From contig CATNEN010000039.1 in NCBI GenBank assembly GCA_950097015.1, positions 17,050,001-17,114,000 of the forward strand: DNA of 64,000 nucleotides, written 5' to 3'. The notes beneath the pieces are model-generated. The model did not search any database and was not told where the DNA came from. It was given only the letters and a program-made list of their open reading frames with translations. Positions 24,891 through 36,624 of this stretch are shown here, piece by piece; the stretch's first letter is position 1; every line of letters begins with the position of its first letter. A program made the translations under genes and the position numbers. This DNA comes from Macrostomum hystrix. Its lineage: Eukaryota > Animalia > Platyhelminthes.

Positions 24891-25330
24891 CTATTGCATA
24901 TAAATACCTGATTAATATACCTGTTAATACTAATCAAGTTATTTTTTCCAATGTTTAGGCTGAGAAAATGTGATGTTGTTAATTTTATAAAACGATTCAC
25001 GCTTGACGGTTGAGACTGGGAGGAGCTTGTTATAAAAAATCTTCCCAAACGGGAACGCTGTCCTCCAACACAGCCTCTGCTCCAATGGCGAGCCGGCTCT
25101 GTTCAGTCGCCAACCCCAACCTCCCTCACGGCCGATCCCTCATAGATTAGGACATCGCCTCCGTTGCGCGAGAGATCCCAAAATTCTCCCCCGCCCTCTC
25201 TGCCAGATTAGTAGAATCTAAATCTTCCCGTTTCATTTTCCTAGAATAATCCCCTCTTAAAACGATAAAAAAGCGATATATTTTTAATGCCAGCCAAGCG
25301 AAGCTATTAACAGAGACAAATTCGGACCAA

Positions 25331-26005
25331 ATGAAAGTTATGAATCTAAGCCACCTCGATCAGTTGATGCTGAAGTTAACGGAGGATGAAGCTAAGGATT
25401 TAATAGCGCAGCACGTTGTTAAACAGTGCTGCTTCTCAACCAGTCTGTTGAAGACGCTGACCATTGTTGGATTATCAACGCACGAAGCGTTTTATTACAC
25501 TCTGATCAGCTGGTATGAGAGGCACACTATTAAGGATAGACTTGTGCCTTATCACGGCGGTCCGCTGGACAGTCGGTTGAACGGCCCGGAGCCGACGACC
25601 TGGGATCTGAAGCGTCCCATACCGGCAGCCTTCACCGACGCCGAGTACAGCCTGCCCCTGCCGCACTCGGAGGAGACTCTCAGCTGTTCTCATTGTTTCG
25701 GCGTCGGCTACGTCAATTGCAGACGCTGCCGACGCAAGGGCAACGTGTCTTGCCTGGCCTGCCACGGTCACGGCGAAGAGTTGAACCGTTGCACAATGTG
25801 CGCCGGCAAGGGCACCGTCCATTGTCCGGCCTGTCGCGGCCGCATCGGCGTCGAATGTCCCGAGTGCGCCGGCTCCGGACGGTTGAAACGCTATCGAATC
25901 GTACAGGTCAGCTGGGGCGTGTCGTTTGATTACGTTGTGCTCAACGGTAGCGACTTGCCGTCCTATCGACTCAGCGAAACCGACGGATACGTTATCCATC
26001 GCCAG
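25331..26005 (+). CDS. SSUH2: SSUH2-like protein, first visible coding exon (DnaJ-type CXXCXGXG zinc-finger repeats)
   Basis: LTEDEAKDLIAQHVVKQCCF, PYHGGPLD and LPHSE, then six CXXC(X)G-type repeats, as in SSUH2. Ends at phase-0 donor CAG|GTGAGT (26005/26006). The frame is open a little upstream of the ATG, so an earlier exon is possible. Confidence 0.88.
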
Positions 26006-26359
26006 GTGAGTGATCAGAAAAATCGGGGGTAGAAATATCGGGGGAAGAAATATCAGGGGAAGAAATTTCGGGGTAGAAATAGTGGGGTTAGATAGATAGG
26101 GGGTAGAAATATCGGGGTAGAGAGACCGGGGTTAGAAGGATCAGGGGTAGAAAGACCGGGGTGGAAAGACCGGGGTAGAAATAGTAGGGTAGATAGATCG
26201 GGGGTAGAAATATCGGGGTAGAGAGACTGAGGGTAGAAAGACCAGAAGAAAGGGAGAGGAATAGAGGAAGATCAAGAGGAAGAAAGGAAGAAATATAGGA
26301 ATGTAAGAATGAACAAAAAATGAAATATATATCACTGCCCACCTCCCAACCTCCAACAG
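26006..26359 (+). other. GT-AG intron containing a degenerate ~14-15-bp repeat (GGGGTAGAAATATC)
   Basis: GTGAGT donor; CTCCCAACCTCCAACAG acceptor; splicing keeps the frame. Confidence 0.85.
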
Positions 26360-26791
26360 GTCGGTCCACGAGTTGGTCTCAGCGAGGCTGCATTTCCTTT
26401 GAGCCTGGTGATGGCCTGCGAGGTGTTAGTGAATCGCCACCTTGCCTCGGCCGGTCCAGACACTCGCGTCCTGCTCCAGAAGCACATTGTCCGCCTAATA
26501 CCAGTTAGCCAGTGCGATTATCGTTGGAGCGGCGTAGATCCTAAGCTGCGCAGATTTTTTGTCTATGGCCGAGACCGGCTGGTGCACCGCGAGAAGGCGC
26601 CTACGCCTTTGTGCACCCTCCGAGACGCATTGCTGGATCGGAGCCTGCGAAATCGGACCGCCAAAACAGCTGCTACTGCTGCCGCCACTGGCGCCGCTTC
26701 GTCCGCCGACCCCTCCGTAGGCGTCGCCGTTAATCCAACTGTCGGCGTAGGAAATCCCAGTCACAGCATTACGGCCTGCTGTGTACTGTGA
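26360..26791 (+). CDS. SSUH2: SSUH2-like protein, terminal exon ending in CaaX (CCVL); spliced product ~368 aa
   Basis: In frame after the splice (VGPRVG...). RVLLQKHIVRLIPVSQCDY and FFVYGRDRLVH match the SSUH2 C-terminal block. Ends ...TACCVL*. Confidence 0.88.
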   Translation, partial: VGPRVGLSEAAFPLSLVMACEVLVNRHLASAGPDTRVLLQKHIVRLIPVSQCDYRWSGVDPKLRRFFVYGRDRLVHREKAPTPLCTLRDALLDRSLRNRTAKTAATAAATGAASSADPSVGVAVNPTVGVGNPSHSITACCVL

Positions 26792-28371
26792 GGCAGCTAA
26801 TACCGCAGGATCAGTAGAAGTTTTAGTAGAAAAAAACTGTCATTAATTTATTGGATATAAATTTGTGTCATAATCTCCTTTGGATTCCGTCATAATCCTA
26901 TTTGAAATTCTGTCATTTCATCAAATCCTCTGGAATTTAATTAAAATCCTTCTTAGAATTGTGTCGTTATCTTCTTAGAATTATGTAGGCCTATTTAGGA
27001 TTTTTTGTTATTTTGGCTGGGATTCTGTTGCCATTTTGTTAAAAATCGTGTAGTTATTTGTTAAAAACTGACTGAGTTAGAAATTGTCAGGTAAAAAAGT
27101 TAATTTAATGTAGGAAAATTAGCCTTACATCAGAAATTATGTTTTGTCATTAATTTGTCGCGTGTGTAAATATTTATCTTTTCAAAATATTTCGTACAAA
27201 TTATACTTGTATAATATCTAGATGTCTACTAAATAGGATTCTAGGACAATAAAGCGATTCGAACTACTATTTATGGCTGTTGTGTGCTTGTAATGTATTA
27301 AGCTATTGGTTCAAATACGGCACTTATATTAAAATACCAACACACGATATGTGCACAACATATAAAATAGTTACAAATAACAAACTTTAGGTATTAAATG
27401 GTCATTTTTATTTCCATTCTGTCTTAAAAAAAAAGGAATTGTCAAGTTTTTCACAAAATTCTACAAAAAACTCAGCTCAATCAACTAACATTTACGTTTA
27501 GATGCTTTATAATCGAAAAAAGTAAATTAGTAGAATAATATGCAATACAAATTCCACAAATTATTTTTGACTACTCTTTTCATGCATTTTTTCATTTTAA
27601 AATTTTTTAACAAAAATATTATATATTTTTGCCAGATTTATAACAAACTTAACGTCATGATTTTTGCAAATATTTTAAATACCTATTTAACCTACATTTT
27701 ACTAGAAATTGACTGCTAATTTTCTAAAAAAAATTGCGGGTTTTCACGCCGGAAAACTCGGCACAGTAAATAATCTACAATAACCTAAACTAAAAAGCAA
27801 AGAAAGTTTTCTAATCAAAAATAAAGTAAATTGTGTTTCGTAAAGTTAATCATTTAAAAAATAAATATAATCTAGACAATTTTACCGCATTAACAATACA
27901 ACTATCGTATCACGGCACCGGCATATCTTCAGGAGTTAATCTGAATTAAAAATTATCCATTCACGTCTATGTAATTTAGATACAGATGTTTCGCTCTCAT
28001 TCTTTTTTCATATACCGTATTTATTCTTACCTTTAACAATTTTTAATAATCCTTACACTTTTCGATTGCTGTCTTGTGCAATTTTTGGCTGTTAGAAATT
28101 CTATTGAAATTTATTAGATTGCGCTATACATAGTACGATAAAGTAGAATATGCTAATCTGAAGAAATATAATTTATTTCAGTAAATTTTATCGCGTATCT
28201 GCTTTCGGCTCCGTCTTTATTGGGCCTTATTTAATTTGGGAATTGGTTGAAATTCAATACGAAAAACTTGGATTTTTCGTATGAATTACGAGTACTTGAG
28301 TATAATATAGTCCGGGGAACTAGTTAGAGAATTGTACTTATGCATCTAGCTGAGGATCTATTTTTATGTAT

Positions 28372-30002
28372 TTAGGGATCTAGTTGGGGATCATATAGTT
28401 AGGGTATCTATAGTAAGTGGATCTGAAGTTAGGGATCTACGCTCGTAGTTAGGGATCTTGTTAGGCATCTAGTTAGGGATTTTGTTAGGGGATTTTGTTA
28501 GGGGATTTTGTTAGGGATCTTGTTAGGGGATCTAGTTAGGGATCTTGTTAGGGGATCTAGTTAGGGAAGGGATCTTGTTAGGGGATCTAGTTAGGGAAGG
28601 GATCTTGTTAGGGGATCTAGTTAGGGATCTAGTTAGGAATCTAGTTAGGGATCTAGTTAGGAATCTAGTTAGGGATCTAGTTAGGGATCTAGTTAGGGAT
28701 TTTGTTAGGGGATTTTGTTAGGGGATTTTGTTAGGGATCTTGTTAGGGGATCTAGTTAGGGATCTTGTTAGGGGATCTAGTTAGGGATCTTGTTAGGGGA
28801 TCTAGTTAGGGATCTAGTTAGGAATCTAGTTAGGGATCTAGTTAGGAATCTAGTTAGGGGATCTAGTTAGGGATCTTGTTAGGGATCTTGTTAGGGGATC
28901 TAGTTAGGGATCTAGTTAGGGATCTAGTTAGGGATCTAGTTAGGGATTTTGTTAGGGATCTTGTTAGGGGATCTAGTTAGGGATCTTGTTAGGGATCTAG
29001 TTAGGGATCTAGTTAGGAATCTAGTTAGGGATCTAGTTAGGAATCTAGTTAGGGATCTAGTTAGGGATCTAGTTAGGGATCTAGTTAGGGATCTAGTTAG
29101 GGATCTAGTTAGGAATCTAGTTAGGGATCTAGTTAGGGATCTAGTTAGGGATCTAGTTAGGGATCTAGTTAGGCATCTAGTTAGGGATCTAGTTAGGGAT
29201 CTAGTTAGGGATCTAGTTAGGGATCTAGTTGGGGATCTTGTTAGGGATTTTGTTAGGGATTTTGTTAGGGGATCTAGTTAGGGGGTCTTTTTATAGGATC
29301 TATTTAGGGGATCTTTTTATAGGATCTATTTAGGGGATCTTTTGATAGGATCTAGTTCGGGATCTTGTTAGGGATCTTCTTAGGGGATCTAGTTAGGGGA
29401 TCTAGTTAGGGGATCTAGTTAGGGGATCTTTTTATAGCATCTAGTTAGGGATTTTGTTGGAGTTCTAGTTGGGGATCTAGTTAGGAATCTAGTTAGGGAT
29501 CTAGTTAGGGATTTTGTTAGGGATCTTGTTAGGGATCTAGTTAGGAATCTAGTTAGGGATTTTGTTAGGGATCTTGTTAGGGATCTAGTTAGGAATCTAG
29601 TTAGGAATCTAGTTAGGGATCTAGTTAGGAATCTAGTTAGGAATCTAGTTAGGGATCTAGTTAGGAATCTAGTTAGGAATCTAGTTAGGGATCTAGTTAG
29701 GAATCTAGTTAGGAATCTAGTTAGGGATCTAGTTAGGGATTTTGTTAGGGGATTTTGTTAGGGATCTTGTTAGGGGATCTAGTTAGGGGATCTAGTTAGG
29801 GGATCTTTTTATAGCATCTAGTTAGGGATTTTGTTGTAGATCTAGTTGGGGGATCTTTTTATAGGATCTAGTTAGGGGATCTTTTTATAGGATCCAGTTC
29901 GGTATCTAGTTAGGGGATCTTGTTAGGGATCTAGTTAGGGACCTAGTTAGGGGATCTAGTTATGGATCTGTCGTTAAAGATTCTATAGTTAGGGTTTAAG
30001 GG
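28372..30002. repeat. 12-bp satellite (TTAGGGATCTAG)n containing the telomeric hexamer
   Basis: Over 100 units, with variants TTAGGAATCTAG and TTAGGGATTTTG. Confidence 0.96.
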
Positions 30003-30633
30003 ATCTATCTATCGGGATATGTTTCTGGAATCTAGTGGTATTTTTTTCGCGGGATCTGGTTGTGTGTGGGTAGTGCGCGTCTTTCCGCTAAAAACTCTAA
30101 TCTCTAATCCAATGGGATTTCTTGGACTCGGCCTTCATCAGTCGATCAGCTGTCCCAGGGATTAGGATTTTGTATAAAGAAGGAAAAAATTCAAATGAGC
30201 ACGACATAGGATCCCAGCAGCGCCGGGAAATGATACGGGTGGATTTACATTCGTAGTAATGTGAGAACAGACTCGCAAGATGCGAATGGCGTTGAGCTCA
30301 ATCCCTTTTGAGTCACCTGTCCGTCTCTCTTTCTCTACTCAAATGATTTCCTGCCCGCCTTTAGCAGCTTCCTCCAGATTGATCTAGCCAGTCTCAGTTT
30401 TCCCCTATGGCAATATAATCCCCCGCACAGCTTTGAAGCCATCACCTGCCCAGCTCATCGTGCCAACCGTGGGATCTTTCCTACAGCTAATCCACCCCTG
30501 TGCTTTGCATCTCGTCAAATTCTGGCCAAGCCTAGATTCTCGTTTCTGTGAATTTTCAATTTAGACCCTGGCTTGGCAACATTTCATGCCACAGAGAGAG
30601 AATCCAAAAGACAATAGCAGGCCGCATTGACTG

Positions 30634-32862
30634 GGATGAGACAGGGGAGAGATGAGACACGGGAGAGATGAGACACGGGAGAGATGAGACACGTGAGAGA
30701 TGAGACACGGGAGAGATGAGACAGGGGAGAGATGAGACAGGGGAGAGATGAGACACGGGAGAGATGAGGCAGGGGAGAGATGAGACAGGGGAGAGATGAG
30801 ACACGGGAGAGATGAGACACGGGAGAGATGAGACACGGGAGAGATGAGACACGGGAGAGATGAGACAGGGGAGAGATGAGACAGGGGAGAGATGAGACAG
30901 GGGAGAGATGAGACACGGGAGAGATGAGGCAGGGGGGAGATGAGACAGGGGAGAGATGAGACACGGGAGAGATGAGACACGGGAGAGATGAGACACGGGA
31001 GAGATGAGACACGGGAGAGATGAGACAGGGGAGAGATGAGACAAGGGAGAGATGAGACAAGGGAGAGATGAGACACGGGAGAGATGAGACACGGGAGAGA
31101 TGAGACACGGGAGAGATGAGACACGGGAGAGATGAGACACGGGAGAGATGAGACACGGGAGAGATGAGACACGGGAGAGATGAGACACGGGAGAGATGAG
31201 ACACGGGAGAGATGAGACACGGGAGAGATGAGACACGGGAGAGATGAGACACGGGAGAGATGAGACACGGGAGAGATGAGACACGGGAGAGATGAGACAC
31301 GGGAGAGATGAGGCAGGGGAGAGATGAGACACGGGAGAGATAAGACAGGGAAGAGATGAGACACGGGAGAGATGAGGCAGGGGAGAGATGAGACACGGGA
31401 GAGATAAGACAGGGAAGAGATGAGACACGGGAGAGATAAGACAGGGAAGAGATGAGACACGGGAGAGATAAGACAGGGAAGAGATAAGACTAAGGAGAGA
31501 TACTACAGGGGAGAGATAAGACAGGGGAGAGATGAGACAGGGGAGAGATGAGACAGGGGAGAGATAAGACAGGGGAGAGATGAGGCAGGGGAGAGATGAG
31601 ACAGGGGAGAGATGAGACACCGGAGAGATGAGACACGGGAGAGATGAGGCAAGGGAGAGATGGGACACGGGAGAGATAATACAAGGGAGAGATGAGACAA
31701 GGGAGAGATGAGGCAGGGGAGAGATGAGACACGGGAGAGATAAGACAGGGAAGAGATGAGACACGGGAGAGATAAGACAGGGAAGAGATAAGACTAAGGA
31801 GAGATACTACAGGGGAGAGATAAGAAAGGGGAGGGATGAGACAGGGGAGAGATGAGACAGGGGAGAGATGAGGCAGGGGAGAGATGAGACAGGGGAGAGA
31901 TGAGACACGGGAGAGATGAGACACGGGAGAGATGAGACACGGGAGAGATGAGACACGGGAGAGATGAGACACGGGAGAGATGAGACACGGGAGAGATGAG
32001 ACACGGGAGCGATGAGGCAGGGGAGAGATGAGACACGGGAGAGATAAGACAGGGAAGAGATAAGACTAAGGAGAGATACTACAAGGGAGAGATGAGACAC
32101 GGGAGAGATAAGACAGGGAAGAGATAAGACTAAGGAGAGATACTACAGAGGAGAGATAAGACAGGGGAGAGATGAGACAGGGGAGAGATGAGACACCGGA
32201 GAGATGAGACAGGGGAGAGATGAGACAGGGGAGAGATAAGACAGGGGAGAGATGAGGCAGGGGAGAGATGAGACAGGGGAGAGATGAGACACGGGAGAGA
32301 TGAGGCAGGGGAGAGATGAGACACGGGAGAGATAAGACAGGGAAGAGATAAGACTAAGGAGAGATACTACAGGGGAGAGATGAGACACGGGAGAGATAAG
32401 ACAGGGAAGAGATAAGACTAAGGAGAGATACTACAGGGGAGAGATAAGACAGGGGAGAGATAAGACAGGGGAGAGATAAGACAGGGGAGAGATAAGACAG
32501 GGGAGAGATAAGACAGGGAAGAGATAATACAGGGGAGAGATAAGACTAGAGAGATAAGACGGGGGAGAGATAAGACTGGAGAGAGATAAGACAGGGGAGA
32601 GATAAGACAGGGGAGAGATAAGACAGGGGAGATATAAGACTAGAGAGATAAGACAGGGGAGAGATCAGACAGGGGAGAGATAAGACTAGAGAGATAAGAC
32701 AGGGGAGAGATCAGACAGGGGAGAGATAAGACTGGAGAGAGATAAGACAAGGGAGAGATAAGACTAAGGAGAGATACGACAGGGGAGAGATAAGACAGGG
32801 AAGAGATAATACAGGGGAGAGATAAGACTAGAGAGATGAGACACGGGAGCGATGAGGCAGGG
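30634..32862. repeat. 17-bp minisatellite (GAGAGATGAGACACGGG)n with higher-order variants
   Basis: Homogeneous 5' part; a 3' part with recurring AGACTAAGGAGAGATACTAC. Confidence 0.96.
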
Positions 32863-33471
32863 ATAAAAAACGATCATCGGTCGAAGAAAAAAGAGAAACA
32901 ATATCCAAGCAGAGTATGTCTCTTTCTGTATAGTTGTGATTTTTTCTATCTGTCTGCATTCTGTAACCCAGCCTGTTTGCTCTGTTGCCAACCAAAAACG
33001 ATCAATAATTCATCGATTTGTCACGCTCTGGCAATCCCTCCGACACCATTCTCATTGCTGCCACCGCAGCATGCTCAACATGAAAAGATGATTGACGAGC
33101 CTTTCTCCCCCTCTCATTCTCTTGTGCTTGTTAGTTATTGTTGCTGCTAGAGTCAAGCAGAAGACTTTTTCATTCCCGTCTGATTTGCTTTCGCGTCGAC
33201 ACGATTCATTATAACGCGTCGACGAGAGCATGACGGAGTGGCCTTCGGCGCAATCAGGACAGAAGCAAAAAAACTCGGAATGTTTTATGGCGACAGTGTG
33301 TGTTTATCGGCTAGTTAAGTTGAGGAATATATTGTGATTTCTTTGCGAGATCTTGTTATGCACGAGTGTCTAGTTTGTGTAACATGTTTCCGCAATCTTT
33401 CAGGAATGTCGAATTACAATGCTCTCGCCCTCAGGGAACCATCGAGAATTCAAGCTTGCCTTTTCAGCTTT

Positions 33472-34618
33472 ACCCTCGCCCTTTGCTGTAGCACCCTCGC
33501 CCTTTGCTGTAGCACCCTCGCCCTTTGCTGTAGCACCCTCGTCCTTTGCTGTAACACCCTCGCACTTTGCTGTAACACCCTCGCCCTTTGCTGTAGCACC
33601 CTCGCCCTTTGCTGTAGCACCCTCGCCCTTTGCTGTAACACCCTCGCCCTTTGCTGTAACACCCTCGCCCTTTGCTGTAACACCCTCGCCCTTTGCTGTA
33701 ACACCCTCGCCCTTTGCTGTAACACCCTCGCCCTTTGCTGTAACACCCTCGCCCTTTGCTGTAACACCCTCGCACTTTGCTGTAACACCCTCGCCCTTTG
33801 CTGTAACGCCCTCGCCCTTTGCTGTAACACCCTCGCCCTTTGCTGTAGCACCCTCGCCTTTTGCTGTAACACCCTCGCCTTTTGCTGTAACACCCTCGCC
33901 CTTTGCTGTAACACCCTCGCCCTTTGCTGTAACACCCTCGCCCTTTGCTGTAACACCCTCGCCTTTTGCTGTAACACCCTCGCCCTTTGCTGTAACACCC
34001 TCGCCCTTTGCTGTAGCACCCTCGCCATTTGCTGTAACACCCTCGCCCTTTGCTGTAACACCCTCGCCCTTTGCTGTAACACCCTCGCCCTTTGCTGTAA
34101 CACCCTCGCCCTTTGCTGTAACACCCTCGCCCTTTGCTGTAACACCCTCGCCCTTTGCTGTAGCACCCTCGCCCTTTGCTGTAACACCCTCGCCCTTTGC
34201 TGTAACACCCTCGCACTTTGCTGTAGCACCCTCGCCCTTTGCTGTAACACCCTCGCCCTTTGCTGTAACGCCCTCGCCCTTTGTTGTAGCACCCTCGCCC
34301 TTTGCTGTAACACCCTCGCCCTTTGCTGTAACACCCTCGCCCTTTGCTGTAACACCCTCGCCCTTTGCTGTAACACCCTCGTCCTTTGCTGTAACACCCT
34401 CGCCCTTTGCTGTAGCACCCTCGCCCTTTGCTGTAACACCCTCGCACTTTGCTGTAACACCCTCACCCTTTGCTGTAACACCCTCGCCCTTTGCTGTAAC
34501 ACCCTCGCCCTTTGCTGTAACACCCTCGCCCTTTGCTGTAACACCCTCGCCCTTTGCTGTAACACCCTCGCCCTTTGCTGTAGCACCCTCCACCTTTTGT
34601 GTGTAACACCCTCCCCTT
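33472..34618. repeat. 21-bp minisatellite (ACCCTCGCCCTTTGCTGTAAC)n
   Basis: About 53 near-identical units; abuts the SINE at 34621. Confidence 0.97.
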
Positions 34619-34620
34619 TT

Positions 34621-34933
34621 GGGTGAGTGGCAGAGCGGTCTAACGTGTTTGCCTCTCGCACCAATGTCCCTAGGCTCGATTCCGCGGTGAGGCCACATTA
34701 CTACCATTCTTGGGGCGCAGCCGCGGAGAGAAGGCTTGGGGGCTTGTCGTGCAATTTACACCCAACCTCTAAGGGGCACTGAGAGTGTACACTGCCTGAT
34801 GAGGAGAAAGTCAGGGCAGATATACACACCTGTGTGAGTGTGTGCTCACAGGAGTCAGCGAAATGGGCAGAACTGCTTGCTCGCTGGCTGCGGGTCTAGT
34901 GTCACCAAATGATGTGCCATTGCCCGCAGCCCT
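34621..34933 (+). mobile_element. tRNA-derived SINE (family A), most complete copy
   Basis: A box TGGCAGAGCGG and B box GGCTCGATTCC; terminal stem GGCTGCGGG (34886-34894) / CCCGCAGCC (34923-34931). Confidence 0.87.
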
Positions 34934-35609
34934 CTATCTCGAAGTTACATAACCCATTTGTGATAAAGAGAAAATTAGGTTACTGATGAAAAATCGCTGT
35001 TTAGTTAGATCGAAACATTTGAGACGATCTCAAATCTAATTTTAGATTGGTCAAGCAGTCAAATTAGTCCGACTTTTTTCGCCCTGAATCGGTTTTTGTC
35101 GACATTAGTATCAAATGAATTTAATTTGTCGATTTTTTCTCCAACAAAAAGTCACGCTTTCTGATCAGACCGATTTTTTTAGCCTTTTTAGACCGAGGTC
35201 AAGTTGGAGCATTCGTTCCCATTCTCCTGCATCCCAGCTTATCTTGCGAACCTCAATTTGGCTCAACCACTTCTCCCCCCCTCTTTCCCTGTGTCCTCCA
35301 AGTATTAACGAATTAATGCCAAGCCTGTACGCGACTTTCGCCTCTCCCATCCTCTCATTCTCCCACTCTTCTGGCTATCGCTAATAGGCCTATATAGTAG
35401 TAATAACATTAGTAAGTATTGAAATAACTATCATAATAATAATTGGAGTGCCAATTATATACGTTATGACAGGGGATTAGCTGAAGAATATTGCTATATA
35501 GGCTATTTTCAGCTAACACACTAGATCATACGTACTTTCCTTGCTTCTCTGCTTTCGTAAAAGTTCTGTCAGTCTTTCTGAATTTCCTATTTGTAGCTTT
35601 AAAATTCTG

Positions 35610-35740
35610 AGCGTGTGGTCGTGTGTTCGAATCTTGCAGCCCCTCGGATTGGTGTGACGTCTGAGGCCCCTGTCCGCGGACTAAACAACTGTACTGGGCT
35701 GTACACCTGACCCAACACTGGGCCAGGTTTAATTTCTGTC
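35610..35740 (+). mobile_element. Possible second SINE family fragment (B box only)
   Basis: GGTCGTGTGTTCGAATC resembles a tRNA T-arm/B box and is followed by a GC-rich body; no second copy in the window. Confidence 0.35.
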
Positions 35741-35756
35741 TAATTATCTATCTAAA

Positions 35757-35966
35757 TGTCAGGGTGTCAGTGTCAGGGTGTCAGTGTCAGGGTGTCAGTG
35801 TCAGGGTGTCAGTGTCAGGGTGTCAGTGTCAGGGTGTCAGTGTCAGGGTGTCAGTGTCAGGGTGTCAGTGTCAGGGTGTCAGTGTCAGGGTGTCAGTGTC
35901 AGGGTGTCAGTGTCAGGGTGTCAGTGTCAGGGTGTCAGTGTCAGGGTGTCAGTGTCAGGGTGTCAG
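35757..35966. repeat. 14-bp perfect repeat (TGTCAGGGTGTCAG)15
   Basis: 210 bp with no visible variants. Confidence 0.97.
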
Positions 35967-35975
35967 AGGAGACGT

Positions 35976-36125
35976 GAAGGCTTGGCCAAACCACCAAGGC
36001 ACAGTCAGATTGTACACTGCCTGACAATGAGAAAATCGGGGCAGATGTACACACCTGTGTGAGTGGGTGCTCAGGAGTCAGCGAAACGGGCAGAACCAAA
36101 TGATGTGCCATTGCCCGCAGCCCTC
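35976..36125 (+). mobile_element. SINE family A, 5'-truncated copy with internal deletions
   Basis: GAAGGCTTGG, TGTACACTGCCTGA, CAGGAGTCAGCGAAA and CCAAATGATGTGCCATTGCCCGCAGCCCTC are shared with the 34621 copy. Confidence 0.83.
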
Positions 36126-36440
36126 CCGAAATTATTATTAATAAATCTACATTTAAGATGCCTGATTCCTGGTATCAATCTCTCTTTCTAGTTACCATAA
36201 GTTATCTAGTTGTGTAGGGTAGACCTAAGCGGTTATAGCGTCTCTAAGGCAAGCATAACAGAAATAATATATTTCGCGAGTTAATGGAGCAGGGAGTCTA
36301 ATGGATTGGCATTCGTGTCGATTATGTCGATTCAGGAAGGAGTCGCTATTCACGCGAGAAATTTTGCTCTTCCCTCCCTTCTCAAAAAACGGACCTTGCG
36401 TGTCGTATAGCTGCCACTCCAGGCATGACCCATCGACTAA

Positions 36441-36441
<1 letters not shown>

Positions 36442-36495
<54 letters not shown>
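36442..36495. repeat. (GCT)18 microsatellite
   Basis: Read directly. Confidence 0.97.
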
Positions 36496-36496
<1 letters not shown>

Positions 36497-36624
36497 CTGC
36501 TAATTTTGAAACTTATTCTTATAATACAGAGGCGCATTGTAAAGACGTCGCCTGCTGCTGTACAATGGGAGTTTTCTTAGGCTTTTTTGTACCATAAAAA
36601 TTCCCAAAATCACTTCGCTATTTA

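Noticed and set aside
28372-30002. True telomere or canonical interstitial telomere
   Set aside because: No run of consecutive TTAGGG; each hexamer is separated by ATCTAG-type spacers
34621-34695. Functional tRNA gene (also 3374 and 50090)
   Set aside because: A/B boxes present, but no proper acceptor or anticodon stems, and each continues into shared SINE sequence
33334-34707. TAKGEGV / VTPSPFA / CCNTLAL repeat proteins (adhesive- or antifreeze-like look)
   Set aside because: 21-bp unit open in five frames; variants show no codon-position bias; one frame's start lies inside a SINE. Only expression data could rescue it.
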